A DNA stretch of 64,000 bases, from NCBI GenBank assembly GCA_963841435.1, contig CAWJCS010000005.1:640001-704000 (forward strand). The letters run 5' to 3'. Both the position numbers and the translations under genes were made by a program. The notes under the pieces were generated by a model that saw only the letters and a list, made by a program, of their open reading frames with translations, did no database searches and was not told where the DNA came from. Shown one piece after another: positions 1 through 9,600 of the stretch. How positions within the stretch are numbered: position 1 is the stretch's first letter; each line of letters opens with the position of its first letter. The DNA is from an uncultured delta proteobacterium (GTDB taxonomy: Bacteria; Myxococcota_A; Polyangia; Polyangiales; Polyangiaceae).

Positions 1-205
1 ACCCGAACCACTGCCCCATGGGGATCTCGAGCAACCCGCCAACGACCCCACCCTTCTGCCGCGCCACGCGAACCTTGGCGGAGCCGGCGCGCTCGAGCCA
101 CGCCCGCGCATCCGCCATCGAAAATCCGAACGCCCAGCCAACGATGCTCGCGAGCGCGTCGAGCTCCGTGCCGGGGTCGAACAAGCCGATCTCGCTCGTT
201 GTCAC
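1..205 (-). CDS. Eis-like GNAT acetyltransferase, N-terminal part (runs off the window start)
   Basis: Manual translation from GTG at 205 gives MTTSEIGLFDPGTELDALASIVGWAFGFS...VVGGLLEIPMGQWFG; 'MGQWFG(G)' is typical of Eis-family acetyltransferases. Not in the ORF track. Confidence 0.6.
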   Translation of the reverse strand, partial: MTTSEIGLFDPGTELDALASIVGWAFGFSMADARAWLERAGSAKVRVARQKGGVVGGLLEIPMGQWFG

Positions 206-285
206 GGTCCGCGCATCGTACCAGATGAACGACGCGGCGCCTCGTCACGCTGGCTGTCGCCCCCTCGGGGGCTACACTCTCGAGC

Positions 286-1362
286 GTGAGCGACCTCGAC
301 GCCAGAGTCGCAAGCCTCTTGACCGTGGGCTTTGGCGGAAGGGTCGTCGACCCGGATCTCGACGGCTTGCTTGCGCGCGGCGTGGGGGGCGCCGTGCTCT
401 TCTCGCGCAACGTCGGCGCGGCGCGTGAGGTCCGCGAGCTGACGGTCGAGCTAAAGCGCCGAGCCCGCGGGCCGCTCTTCGTGGCCGTCGACCAGGAAGG
501 CGGGAAGGTCGCTCGGCTGAGGGAGGGCTTCACCCGCCTGCCCCCACTGCGCGCGCTCGGCGAACGCAACGATCCGGCGCTCTCGCGTGACTATGGGCGC
601 CTCGTCGGCAGGGAGCTCCGTGCCGTGGGGGTGGACCTCGACTTCGCGCCCGTGCTCGACGTGGACACGAACCCCGAAAATCCGGTGATCGGCGAGCGCT
701 CGCTGGGATCCGACCCTACCCGCGTGGCGCTCCACGGCGTCGCATTCGCCGAGGGGCTCATGAGCGAGGGCGTCGCGGCGTGCGGCAAGCACTTTCCCGG
801 CCATGGCGACACACGGAGCGACTCGCACCTCGAGCTACCGCGGCTGCCGCACACGATGGAGCGCCTCGAAGAGGTCGAGCTGGTACCGTTTCGCGCCGCC
901 GCTCGCGCGGGGTTTCCCGCGATCATGACCGCGCACGTCGTGTTCGAGGCGCTCGATCCGACTCGGCCCGCCACGTTGAGCCCCGCGGTCGTCGGCGGGC
1001 TCTTGCGGCGGACCATCGGTTTTTCGGGCGTCGTTTTCAGCGACGACCTCGAGATGCGTGCGATCGCCGATCACTACGCCATCGAGGAGGTCGTCGTTGG
1101 CGGCCTCGAGGCGGGGGTCTCTGCCTTCCTCGTGTGCCACGACACGGCGCTCGCCCATCGGGCCATCGACGCTGCTGCGGCCGCCGTGCGCCGCGGCGTC
1201 CTTCCCGAGGCGCGCATCCACGAAGCCGCGGACCGCGTCGCGGCTCTCGCCCGGCGATTCGCGGGGCCGCCCGCAGACGAGCCAGCACTGTCACGGCTAG
1301 CATCCGAAGAACACCGGGCGCTCGTGCGCCGCGTCGAGGGCGAAGAGCGCGGGGCAGCGTGA
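286..1362 (+). CDS. nagZ: Beta-N-acetylhexosaminidase (GH3)
   Basis: Motifs VDQEGG, DFAPVLDV, KHFPGHGDTRSDSH and SDDLEM. Confidence 0.92.
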   Translation: MSDLDARVASLLTVGFGGRVVDPDLDGLLARGVGGAVLFSRNVGAAREVRELTVELKRRARGPLFVAVDQEGGKVARLREGFTRLPPLRALGERNDPALSRDYGRLVGRELRAVGVDLDFAPVLDVDTNPENPVIGERSLGSDPTRVALHGVAFAEGLMSEGVAACGKHFPGHGDTRSDSHLELPRLPHTMERLEEVELVPFRAAARAGFPAIMTAHVVFEALDPTRPATLSPAVVGGLLRRTIGFSGVVFSDDLEMRAIADHYAIEEVVVGGLEAGVSAFLVCHDTALAHRAIDAAAAAVRRGVLPEARIHEAADRVAALARRFAGPPADEPALSRLASEEHRALVRRVEGEERGAA

Positions 1363-1414
1363 CGGCCGCGTCCTATGTGGCGCGCCAAACACCGCCGCCA
1401 CACACTGATGGCGC

Positions 1415-1753
1415 TCAGTGCGAGTGCGCGCCACCCTCGGCGTGCGCCCCACCCGCGCCGCCCTCACCGCCCGCGCCGCCCGCGCCGCCCTCGGGAATGA
1501 CCGCTGCCTCGCAGAGCGCGATGCACTCGTCGTACACCTTGAGGCACTGCTTGCCGTCGCCATCGTGGCCGGTTTCGTGGCATTCCTCGTAGCGGCCGCC
1601 GAGCGCCTCGGCGACCTCATGGCACTTCTCCCCGAGTTCCAGGCACTCGGCTTTGCCGTCGTGAAGAGGCGCGACGACCGTCTCGTCGCACGCGACGATC
1701 GCAATCACGCCAAGGGAGGACGCAAGCAAACAAGCCTTCATGAGGTGACGCAT
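1415..1753 (-). CDS. Small Cys/His-rich lipoprotein
   Basis: ATG at 1753: MRHLMKACLLASSLGVIAIVA|C lipobox-like signal, six further Cys (KCHE, ECHE), Gly/Ala/His tail. Confidence 0.7.
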   Translation of the reverse strand: MRHLMKACLLASSLGVIAIVACDETVVAPLHDGKAECLELGEKCHEVAEALGGRYEECHETGHDGDGKQCLKVYDECIALCEAAVIPEGGAGGAGGEGGAGGAHAEGGAHSH

Positions 1754-1848
1754 GCGGTCGTCATAGCCGGTGGTGTTTTGACGCGCAACGGCCGGCGGGG
1801 CCAATTTTGGGGGGACGATACCGCATTGCGATCGGCTAGCCTGAGGCC

Positions 1849-3063
1849 GTGAGGGCCTTCCCGACTCGCCTGTTTCTATTCGCCTTTCTCGGCTGGGCGT
1901 TCGACTTCTACGATCTCGTCCTGCTCGGTTTCATCAAGGGCGACGTCGGGCGGGACCTCGGCATCTCGCACCAGGCCGAGGCGTGGCTGCTCGGCGTGGC
2001 ACTCAGCACTTCGGGTGTCGGCGGGATCGTGGGAGGCCTGCTCGCCGATCGACTGGGCAAGCGCCGCGTGCTCGCGCTCACCATCGCCCTTTACTCACTG
2101 GGATCGCTGGTGTGCGGCCTTTCGCCCTCCATCGAGGTGTTCGTCGCCGGGCGAGCGCTCGTGGGTCTCGGCGTGGGCGGTGAGTGGGCCGTGGGGCACG
2201 GCATGCTCGCCGAGGCCGTCGAACCGGGGTACCGCGGTCGCGCTTCGGCGGCGCTGCAGGCCGGTGAGCCCGTCGGTGTCGCGCTCGCTGCGTTCGCAGG
2301 CTTCCTTTTGGTGCCGCTCGTGGGTTGGCGATGGGTGCTCATCGGCTCGAGCGCCACGGCGCTGCTCGCGCTCGCCGCGCGTCGTTCGCTGCACCTGCCG
2401 GACGAGCCGGTGACCCAGCGCCCCCCCTTCTCCGCGCTCCTCGGCTACGGGCTACCGTCACGCATGTTCCGGGCCTGGATGCTCGGCGTCTTCAAGCTCG
2501 GCACGTACTGGACCTGCTACACGTGGCTGCCCACCTTCCTCCTGATGCAGATGCATCAGTCGGTCGGCCGCAGCCTGACGTGGGTGGTGACGGCGCAGGT
2601 CGGCCAGTTCATCGGTATGCTGACCTTCGGACGCGTCGCCGATCGGGTCGGCCGACGCATCGCGTACTCGGTCTATTCCGTGCTCACGGCCTGCGCGCTC
2701 GCGCCGCTGGCCTTCGCCTGGCAAACGCTGTCGGCGTATCCGCTGCTTTTCTGGACGACGATGTTCCTGCTCGGCCTCGGCTCGGGCTGCACGGCCGGCT
2801 TCGGCGCGCTGCTCGCCGAGCTCTTCCCGACCGAGGTCCGCGGCACCGCCATGGGCACGACGTACAACCTCGCCCGCGCCGCCCAGCTCGGCGCACCCGT
2901 GATCGTGAGCATGGCGGTCGACCGTGGCGGGCTCGCGGGCGGTCTCAGCGTGCCCATCGTCCTCGCTTTGCTCACGGCGTCGTGGGTGTGGGTACTGCCC
3001 GAAACGCGCGGGATCGCGCTACCGACGCTCGCAACCAGCGGTGCCCGCACGAAGTCCAGATAG
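1849..3063 (+). CDS. MFS transporter
   Basis: FDFYD, motif A GLLADRLGKR and GRVADRVGRR, GVGGEW, ELFPTEVRG, LPETRG; about 12 hydrophobic segments. Confidence 0.92.
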   Translation: MRAFPTRLFLFAFLGWAFDFYDLVLLGFIKGDVGRDLGISHQAEAWLLGVALSTSGVGGIVGGLLADRLGKRRVLALTIALYSLGSLVCGLSPSIEVFVAGRALVGLGVGGEWAVGHGMLAEAVEPGYRGRASAALQAGEPVGVALAAFAGFLLVPLVGWRWVLIGSSATALLALAARRSLHLPDEPVTQRPPFSALLGYGLPSRMFRAWMLGVFKLGTYWTCYTWLPTFLLMQMHQSVGRSLTWVVTAQVGQFIGMLTFGRVADRVGRRIAYSVYSVLTACALAPLAFAWQTLSAYPLLFWTTMFLLGLGSGCTAGFGALLAELFPTEVRGTAMGTTYNLARAAQLGAPVIVSMAVDRGGLAGGLSVPIVLALLTASWVWVLPETRGIALPTLATSGARTKSR

Positions 3064-3126
3064 AGAGACGCGGAGACCCCGCGTCGCAAGCCACGCACGG
3101 CGAGCGCAGCTGCCGGGAAGCTCGGT

Positions 3127-4527
3127 TCAGGTGATCGACGGGCTCGTGAGCGGCCCGGTCACGTACTGGGAGTTGCCGAACGTCGTCCGGTTGTCGCCGA
3201 ACAGGTTCAGGATCGAGACGAGCAGATTGTTGTGCGACTGCCCGGGGTACTTGACGAACCGCCCCGTGCGGAGACCGCCGCCATTGCCCGCCAGCATGAA
3301 CGGCATGTTCTGCTTCTTGTGCGAGGGCGGATCGGAAAGCTCCGAGCCGAAGAACACGACGCTCTCGTCGAGCAACGAGTGACCGCCCATATCGACTGCG
3401 GCCATCGCCTGGATGAGGTGCAGGTGCATCTGCGAGTACCAGATGCCGATCTTCTCGCAGGCCGGCGCGTTGAAACCGCCGTCGTGCTGGTAGAAGTGGT
3501 GGTGCTCGCTGAGGCTCAACCAGGGGAAGGTGTGCTTCGCCTCGGTGTCGCTCCATTGCAGCGTGGCAACGCTCGTGCGGTCGCACGCTAGCGCCATCAC
3601 GAGCATGTCCATCATCAGCGTGCCGACCTTCGGGATCGCGGCGTCGGTCTGCGTGTCCTTGATGGAGCCGTCGTCCGCGGAGTTCAGGCCCGACTTCGCG
3701 TTGTAGTCGCTGGTGTCGATCAGCGTGGGCGGCATGCACCCGCTGCCCGTCGTCGTCGTGGTCATCAGGCCGTTTTCGATCTCGCGGATCTTGTCCAGGT
3801 GATCTTGCAGCTTGATGCGGTCCGTAGCGCCCACCTTCGCGGTGAGCGCCGTGTATTTCTTGTCGACGAAGTCGAGAATGGACTTCTTACGCACGAGCGC
3901 CGTGTCCATGGCGGGGGTCATGGGCATCAGGCTGCCGAACAGCGAGTCCCAGATCTCGGACGGCTCGAGGCGCGGGGGAATGGGCGCGTTCTGCGACGTG
4001 TCCTCGAAGTTCATCGAGTTGATCGGGCTCAGCAGGCCGTGCGATTTCCCCGTCGCCCAGCGAACGGCAATCTGCAGGCTCGACATCGGCTTGACGCCCT
4101 TGGAAATCTTGGTGGCGATCACCTGGTCGATCGACGCGCTGTCGGCGCCGGCGCGGCCGGCCGAGTACTTCTGCGCCGTTCCCTGCACGGCGCCCGTCAG
4201 AAACCCGATGATGCCAGCCTGATGCTGCTCACCGACCGCGCTCTTCATCTCGAGCCCGTCGATGATGAGCAGCTTGTCCTTCACGGGCTCGAGCGGCGCG
4301 AGGATCGTGCCGTAGACGGGCGCCGTTTCCGTGCCCGTCGGTCGCCACTTGTCGATCACCGTGCCGCCGGGCTGATACACGCCGATGAAACGCTGGGCGG
4401 TCGCGGGCGTGGTCTGGGCCGTCGCGTCGTCCTCCATGCATTCGAGCCAGGGCAGCCCGATCGCAATCGTGCCCGCACCGCGAATCACGGCTCGTCGACT
4501 GAGGCGAAACTTCTTCGTGGTCATCAT
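3127..4527 (-). CDS. DUF1552 family protein with Tat-like signal
   Basis: SRRAVIRG..IGLPWLE, SIDQVIA, KSILDFV, DRIKLQDHLDKIREIE, ALACDRT, SLLDESVV. Confidence 0.85.
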   Translation of the reverse strand: MMTTKKFRLSRRAVIRGAGTIAIGLPWLECMEDDATAQTTPATAQRFIGVYQPGGTVIDKWRPTGTETAPVYGTILAPLEPVKDKLLIIDGLEMKSAVGEQHQAGIIGFLTGAVQGTAQKYSAGRAGADSASIDQVIATKISKGVKPMSSLQIAVRWATGKSHGLLSPINSMNFEDTSQNAPIPPRLEPSEIWDSLFGSLMPMTPAMDTALVRKKSILDFVDKKYTALTAKVGATDRIKLQDHLDKIREIENGLMTTTTTGSGCMPPTLIDTSDYNAKSGLNSADDGSIKDTQTDAAIPKVGTLMMDMLVMALACDRTSVATLQWSDTEAKHTFPWLSLSEHHHFYQHDGGFNAPACEKIGIWYSQMHLHLIQAMAAVDMGGHSLLDESVVFFGSELSDPPSHKKQNMPFMLAGNGGGLRTGRFVKYPGQSHNNLLVSILNLFGDNRTTFGNSQYVTGPLTSPSIT

Positions 4528-6377
4528 TGCGCGCCGAGGTAGAGAAAGCCGTCGGTCTGCGTGAGATCGAGCAGCATCTTCTTGATGTTGAAGCCGGACT
4601 GGCGAAACGCTGCGGCGAGGGCTTCACGCTGGCACACGTCCTGCGGGCTATCTGCCTGGAGCGTCTGTCCGTAGGCGTAGTCGAGCCACTTCGACACAAA
4701 ACAGTTTTGAACTTCCTGGTTCTGGGCGAGCTTCTGCACGAGCTCGATGGGACCGCTGACGGCACCGTCCGGCATGTCGGGGATCTCCCCGCTCGCGTCG
4801 ATGGTCTCGCCGTTCTCCGTGGCGCGGTACAGGCCCACGGCATCGTAGTTTTCGAGCGCGAAGCCCATCGGGTCCATCTGCGAGTGACAACCGCGGCACG
4901 ATGGATCCTGGCTGTGCAGCGTGTAGCGCTCGCGGCCCGTGGCGGCGGAGTATGGATCCGGCGGCGTCACCATGAGGCCGATCGGGACCTCGAGGCCTCG
5001 GCACATGAGCTGATTGATGACGAAGGCACCGCGCCGCACCGGGTTCGTGAAGTTCGTGACGGTGGTACCCGTCATGACGCCGCCTTGCGTGAGGAGCCCG
5101 AGGCGCTGTGTCGTATCGACCGGAGCCTTCTGGAAGGTGTCACCCGTGACGCCGGGGATGCCGTAGTACGCAGCGAGCTGCTGGTTCACGAAGGTGTACG
5201 GCTCGGTGAGGATGCCCGTCCAGGTGCCGGGACCGTCGAAGACCTCGTAGTCGAGGTAGGTCCGAGTCTCCTGGACCATGAGTGAGCCGATCGTCGAGTT
5301 GAACGTCGGGTACTGATTTATATCGCGCGCTTCGTCGGTCAGGCCCGTGAGCGGCAGCAGGCCATCGAAGAAGAAGCGCACGATCTGGCGGGTCTGAGGA
5401 TCGGCAAGCAGGCGCTGGGCCTGAGCGAGCACACCCTCGTTCGTGAGAAGCTCACCCGAGGCCGCGGCTGCCGTGAGCTCGGCGTCGGGCATCGTGCCCC
5501 AGAAGAAGTACGAGAGGCGCGTCGCCATCTCGGGGCCCGTCGGTCGCTTGACGGCGGGATTTTGCGCGTCGGGGGTGCCGAACTCGACGCGGTAGAGGAA
5601 ATCCGGCGACTGGAGCGCCGCTTCGATCACCGCGGCGATGGCGCTCGCGAAGTCGTTGTCAACTCGCACGGCGTCGAAGAGCGCGAGGTATTCGTCGGCC
5701 TCGCCCGCCACGAGCGGACGGCGATACGCTTTCGGCACGAACTTTTCGACGATGGTTCGCGCGCAAGCCGCTTCGTTTGCGCTCGTCACGTTGGCAGCGC
5801 ACGCGTCGAGCGTCGTAGGCGTCGCGGTGACGCGCGCCGCGATGTCGGCCGCGACGGCACCGTAGCCCTCGGCGAGGACGACGGGGACCGGCTGCTGATC
5901 GGCATCGTTGCCGAAGCCGTTGCCCGTGAGCTCGGCCGGGAACGCGAATGCCGGCTGCGTGTCGTCGCCCAGCAGATCGCGAACGGTGTTGTTGTACTCG
6001 ACCTTCGTGAGCCGCCGGAGTGGGGCTCTGCCGGGAGTGATGGCTGCCTGGTCGGCGCACTGCGTGGGCAGGGGCGGTGCACCGCCGCTACCGGCGCCCG
6101 TTCCACCCGCACCGCTCAGCGCGCCGCCCGTGCCAGTGTTCCCGGTTCCGGCAACGCCACCGGTTCCGCCAGTGGCGCTCGTATTGCCCGAGCCGCCGGC
6201 CGAGGGTCCGGCTCCGCCCGCTGCACCCGCACCCATGGTCGCGCCCGACCCGGTCATGGCGCCGCTGCCCTGTGTTCCGCCGCCGTTGACCTCCCCCGTG
6301 CAGCCCGCGAGCACGAGCAGAGCAAAAGGAAGCCCCAGGAACCTTACGGAGGCGTGTGACGGTCGACGGGCTTTCAT
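4524..6377 (-). CDS. DUF1592/1588/1595/1587/1585 lipoprotein with a single CxxCH
   Basis: Lipobox VLAG|C, Gly-rich linker, LRRLTKVEYNNTVRDLLG, LQSPDFLYRVE, ATRLSYFFWGTMPD, CRGCH, DPMGFALENYDAVG. Start uncertain (ORF open to 6449). Confidence 0.85.
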   Translation of the reverse strand: MKARRPSHASVRFLGLPFALLVLAGCTGEVNGGGTQGSGAMTGSGATMGAGAAGGAGPSAGGSGNTSATGGTGGVAGTGNTGTGGALSGAGGTGAGSGGAPPLPTQCADQAAITPGRAPLRRLTKVEYNNTVRDLLGDDTQPAFAFPAELTGNGFGNDADQQPVPVVLAEGYGAVAADIAARVTATPTTLDACAANVTSANEAACARTIVEKFVPKAYRRPLVAGEADEYLALFDAVRVDNDFASAIAAVIEAALQSPDFLYRVEFGTPDAQNPAVKRPTGPEMATRLSYFFWGTMPDAELTAAAASGELLTNEGVLAQAQRLLADPQTRQIVRFFFDGLLPLTGLTDEARDINQYPTFNSTIGSLMVQETRTYLDYEVFDGPGTWTGILTEPYTFVNQQLAAYYGIPGVTGDTFQKAPVDTTQRLGLLTQGGVMTGTTVTNFTNPVRRGAFVINQLMCRGLEVPIGLMVTPPDPYSAATGRERYTLHSQDPSCRGCHSQMDPMGFALENYDAVGLYRATENGETIDASGEIPDMPDGAVSGPIELVQKLAQNQEVQNCFVSKWLDYAYGQTLQADSPQDVCQREALAAAFRQSGFNIKKMLLDLTQTDGFLYLGAQ

Positions 6378-6639
6378 TGGGCTGGGGCGGAGGCGCTCAA
6401 CGTAAATCATCGCATTTTTTTCGGGCAGTCGCATCCTGATGGCACCCACGTGTAATGACGGTCGGTGTCAGCCATTTGAGTCACGAATCTTGCGAGGAGA
6501 AATGCCCGCGCTTCCTCACACGGCATTTCGAGGGGCGGATGAGGTGTGATCCACAAAGGGTGCGCTCACTGGACTTTTCCATGCAGGAAAGAAGCGGGGC
6601 GAACTGCGGGCGCTGCGGGCGGGCCGCGTCCAGACGCGC

Positions 6640-9600
6640 CTACGCGAAAAAGGGCTTGAGAACACGTCCCGTGGGTGTGGCGCGACGCGCCACCCTCTGG
6701 GGTGGGCCGCTCGCGACGAGGCGCCCGCCGCGCTCGCCTCCCTCGGGGCCCAGCTCGACGAGCCAATCGGCCCCGGCCATCACCTCCGGGTGATGCTCGA
6801 TGACGACGAGGGTGTCGCCGCGATCGACGAGCCGGCCGAGGACGCTCATGAGCTTTTCCACGTCGGCAACGTGCAAACCGGTCGTCGGCTCGTCGAGGAC
6901 GTAGAGGGTCTTCTCGTGACGGGCCCCGGCCGTGAGCTCGGAAGCGAGCTTGAGGCGCTGGGCCTCGCCGCCTGACAGCGTGTGTGAGCCCTGCCCGAGG
7001 GTGACGTAACCCGCGCCGAGGTCGCACAGCGTCTGGAGCGGCGCGTTGATCGGGGGGTGGTGCTCGAACACGCCCACCGCTTGCTCCGCGGTGAGGCCCA
7101 GCACCTCGCCGGCGGAGAGCCCCCGGTAGCGCACGCCGAGCGTCTCTGGCTCGAAGCGCTGCCCCCCGCAGGCCGGGCAGGCCGTAACGACGTCCGGCAG
7201 GAAGGACATCTCGTGGGTGATCGCTCCCTGCCCTTCGCAGGAGGTGCAGCGGCCTCCTCTCTCGACGTTGAAGGAGAAACGGCCCGCGGCGAAGCCTCGG
7301 ATTTTCGCCTCGGGCGTCGTGGCAAAAAGACGCCGAATGTGGTCCCAAATCCCGAGGAACGTCGCTGGGACCGAGCGCGGCGTGCGGCCGATGGGCGACT
7401 GATCGACCGAGATCGCCCGCTCGAGCGCGCGGTGGCCTTCCAGGCGCCCGAAGGCGCCGGGCTTCTCTGTCACGAGCCCGAGCGCTTGACGCAGGGCCGG
7501 CAAGAGCACGCCGCGCACGAGCGTGCTCTTGCCGGAGCCGCTGACTCCAGCCACGACGACGAGCCTGCCGAGGGGCACCCTGAGCTCGACGTCCTTCAGG
7601 TTGTGCTCCCGTGCTCCGGCGAGAACGAGCTCCGGATGGTCGCTCTCGACCGTCAACGCTTGTCGCGGTCGCGCCCGGCGCGCGAGCGCGCGACCCGTGG
7701 GTGAGGTCGGGTCGCGGAGCACCGCTGCTGCAGGGCCGCTCGCGACGACGTGGCCACCGCGTGCGCCACCGCCCGGGCCGAGATCGATGAGGTGGTCGGC
7801 CGCGCGGATCGTATCGACGTCGTGCTCGACAACGAGCACGGTGGAACCGATGTCGACGAGCGCTCGCAGATTTTCGAGCAGGCGCCCGGTGTCACGCGGG
7901 TGCAAGCCGATGGTGGGCTCGTCGAGCACGTAGAGGGCGCCAGTGAGGCCGGCGCCTAGCTGAGCGGCGAGGCGCAACCGCTGCATCTCGCCGCCCGAAA
8001 GGCTGCGCGCGGCGCGATCGAGAGAGAGATAGCCGAGCCCGACCGTCCCGAGGAACTCGAGCCGACGCAAGAGCTCGGCGAGAGGCGCGCGGGCAACGAG
8101 CTCGGTGTCGCCCTCGAAGTGCCACGCGCGCACGCGCTCGAGCACCGAAGCCACAGAACGCTGCGAAAGCTCGTGGTAGCGCTCACCTTCGAGGCGGACC
8201 GCGCGAGGCAGCGGCGAGAGGCGGGCGCCGTGGCAGTCGGGGCAGGGCCGTTCGACGGGCGGGGGTGCGGGTCCGCGCACCTTCTTGCGCCCCCGCTTGG
8301 CCTCCTCGACGAGCACGCCGGCCCCCTCACAGCGCTCGCAGCGACCCTGGCGAGTGTTGAACGAGAACCAGCGCGGATCGAGCTCGGGGACCGAGAACCC
8401 GCACACGGGACAAGCGCTCGTCGTCGAGAAGAGTGTCTCTCGCCCGGCCTCCGATCGGAGCTTGAGCGCCCCTTCTCCCCACCCGAGCGCGCGCTCGAAG
8501 TCGCCGGGCTCGAAGCGCTTCGCCTCGTCGGGGCCGGCGATCACCAGATCGATGTCGTGCTCGACGCTCTTCTTGAGCTTCGGTGGATCGTCGGTCGAAA
8601 CGAGCTTGCCGTCGCAGAAGGCCTCGGCGATGCCCGCGCGCTGCGCAGCCGAAAAGACCTCGAGGTAGGTGCCCTTGCGCGCGCGAACCACGGGCGCGAG
8701 CAGCCGGTGCCGCCCGCGCACGCGCGCGACGCTCGCGCGGACGGCCGCCGGCGTCGTGCGCGCGATGGGCTCTTCGTGATCGGGACAGTGCGGCGTTCCC
8801 ACCTTGGCGTAGAGCAGTCGGAGGTAGTGCGCCACTTCCGTCACCGTGGCGACGGTCGAGCTCGCGCCCGCACGTGCCGTGCGCTGCTCGAGAGCGATGG
8901 CGGGGGGGATGCCCGTCACACGGTCGACATTCGGCCGCGGCATCGTGGGCAAGAACTGGCGCGCGTACGGTGTCAGCGTCTCGAGGAACCGGCGCTGCCC
9001 CTCGGCGAAGATCACGTCGAACGCGAGCGTGCTCTTGCCGGAACCGCTCGGACCCGTGACCACGGTGAGCGCTCCGTGTGGAATCGCGACCGTCACGTCT
9101 TTCAGGTTGTGCTCCCTGGCGCGCGAAACCTGCAGCGAGCGCGGCTCTCGGGCTTCGCGCGGGCGCTCGGTGGGCGCCGCGCGCGGGGCCTCGCGCTCGG
9201 CGGCGTGCGCCGCGAGCGCCGTGCCGGTCCGGGTCGGGAGCTTCGCCACCTCGGCGGGCGTGCCGGACCCCACGACGAGGCCACCGTCCGCACCCGCACC
9301 GGGGCCGAGGTCGACCACGAAGTCCGACGAGCCCACGAGGTCGAGGTCGTGCTCGACGACGATCACGCTGCCGCCGCCCTGCACGATGGCGTCGAAGGTC
9401 TCGAGCACGCGAGCGACCTCGTCGGCGTGCAGCCCGGCGCTCGGCTCGTCGAGAATCAGGAGCGAACCGGGGCGATGGTCGGCGAGGGCGCGCGCGAGCT
9501 TGAGACGCTGGGCCTCGCCGCCCGAGAGCGTAGAGAGCGGCTGCCCGAGCCGCAAGTAGCCGAGCCCGAGCCGCTCGAGCGGGCCGAGCGCGCGGAGCAC

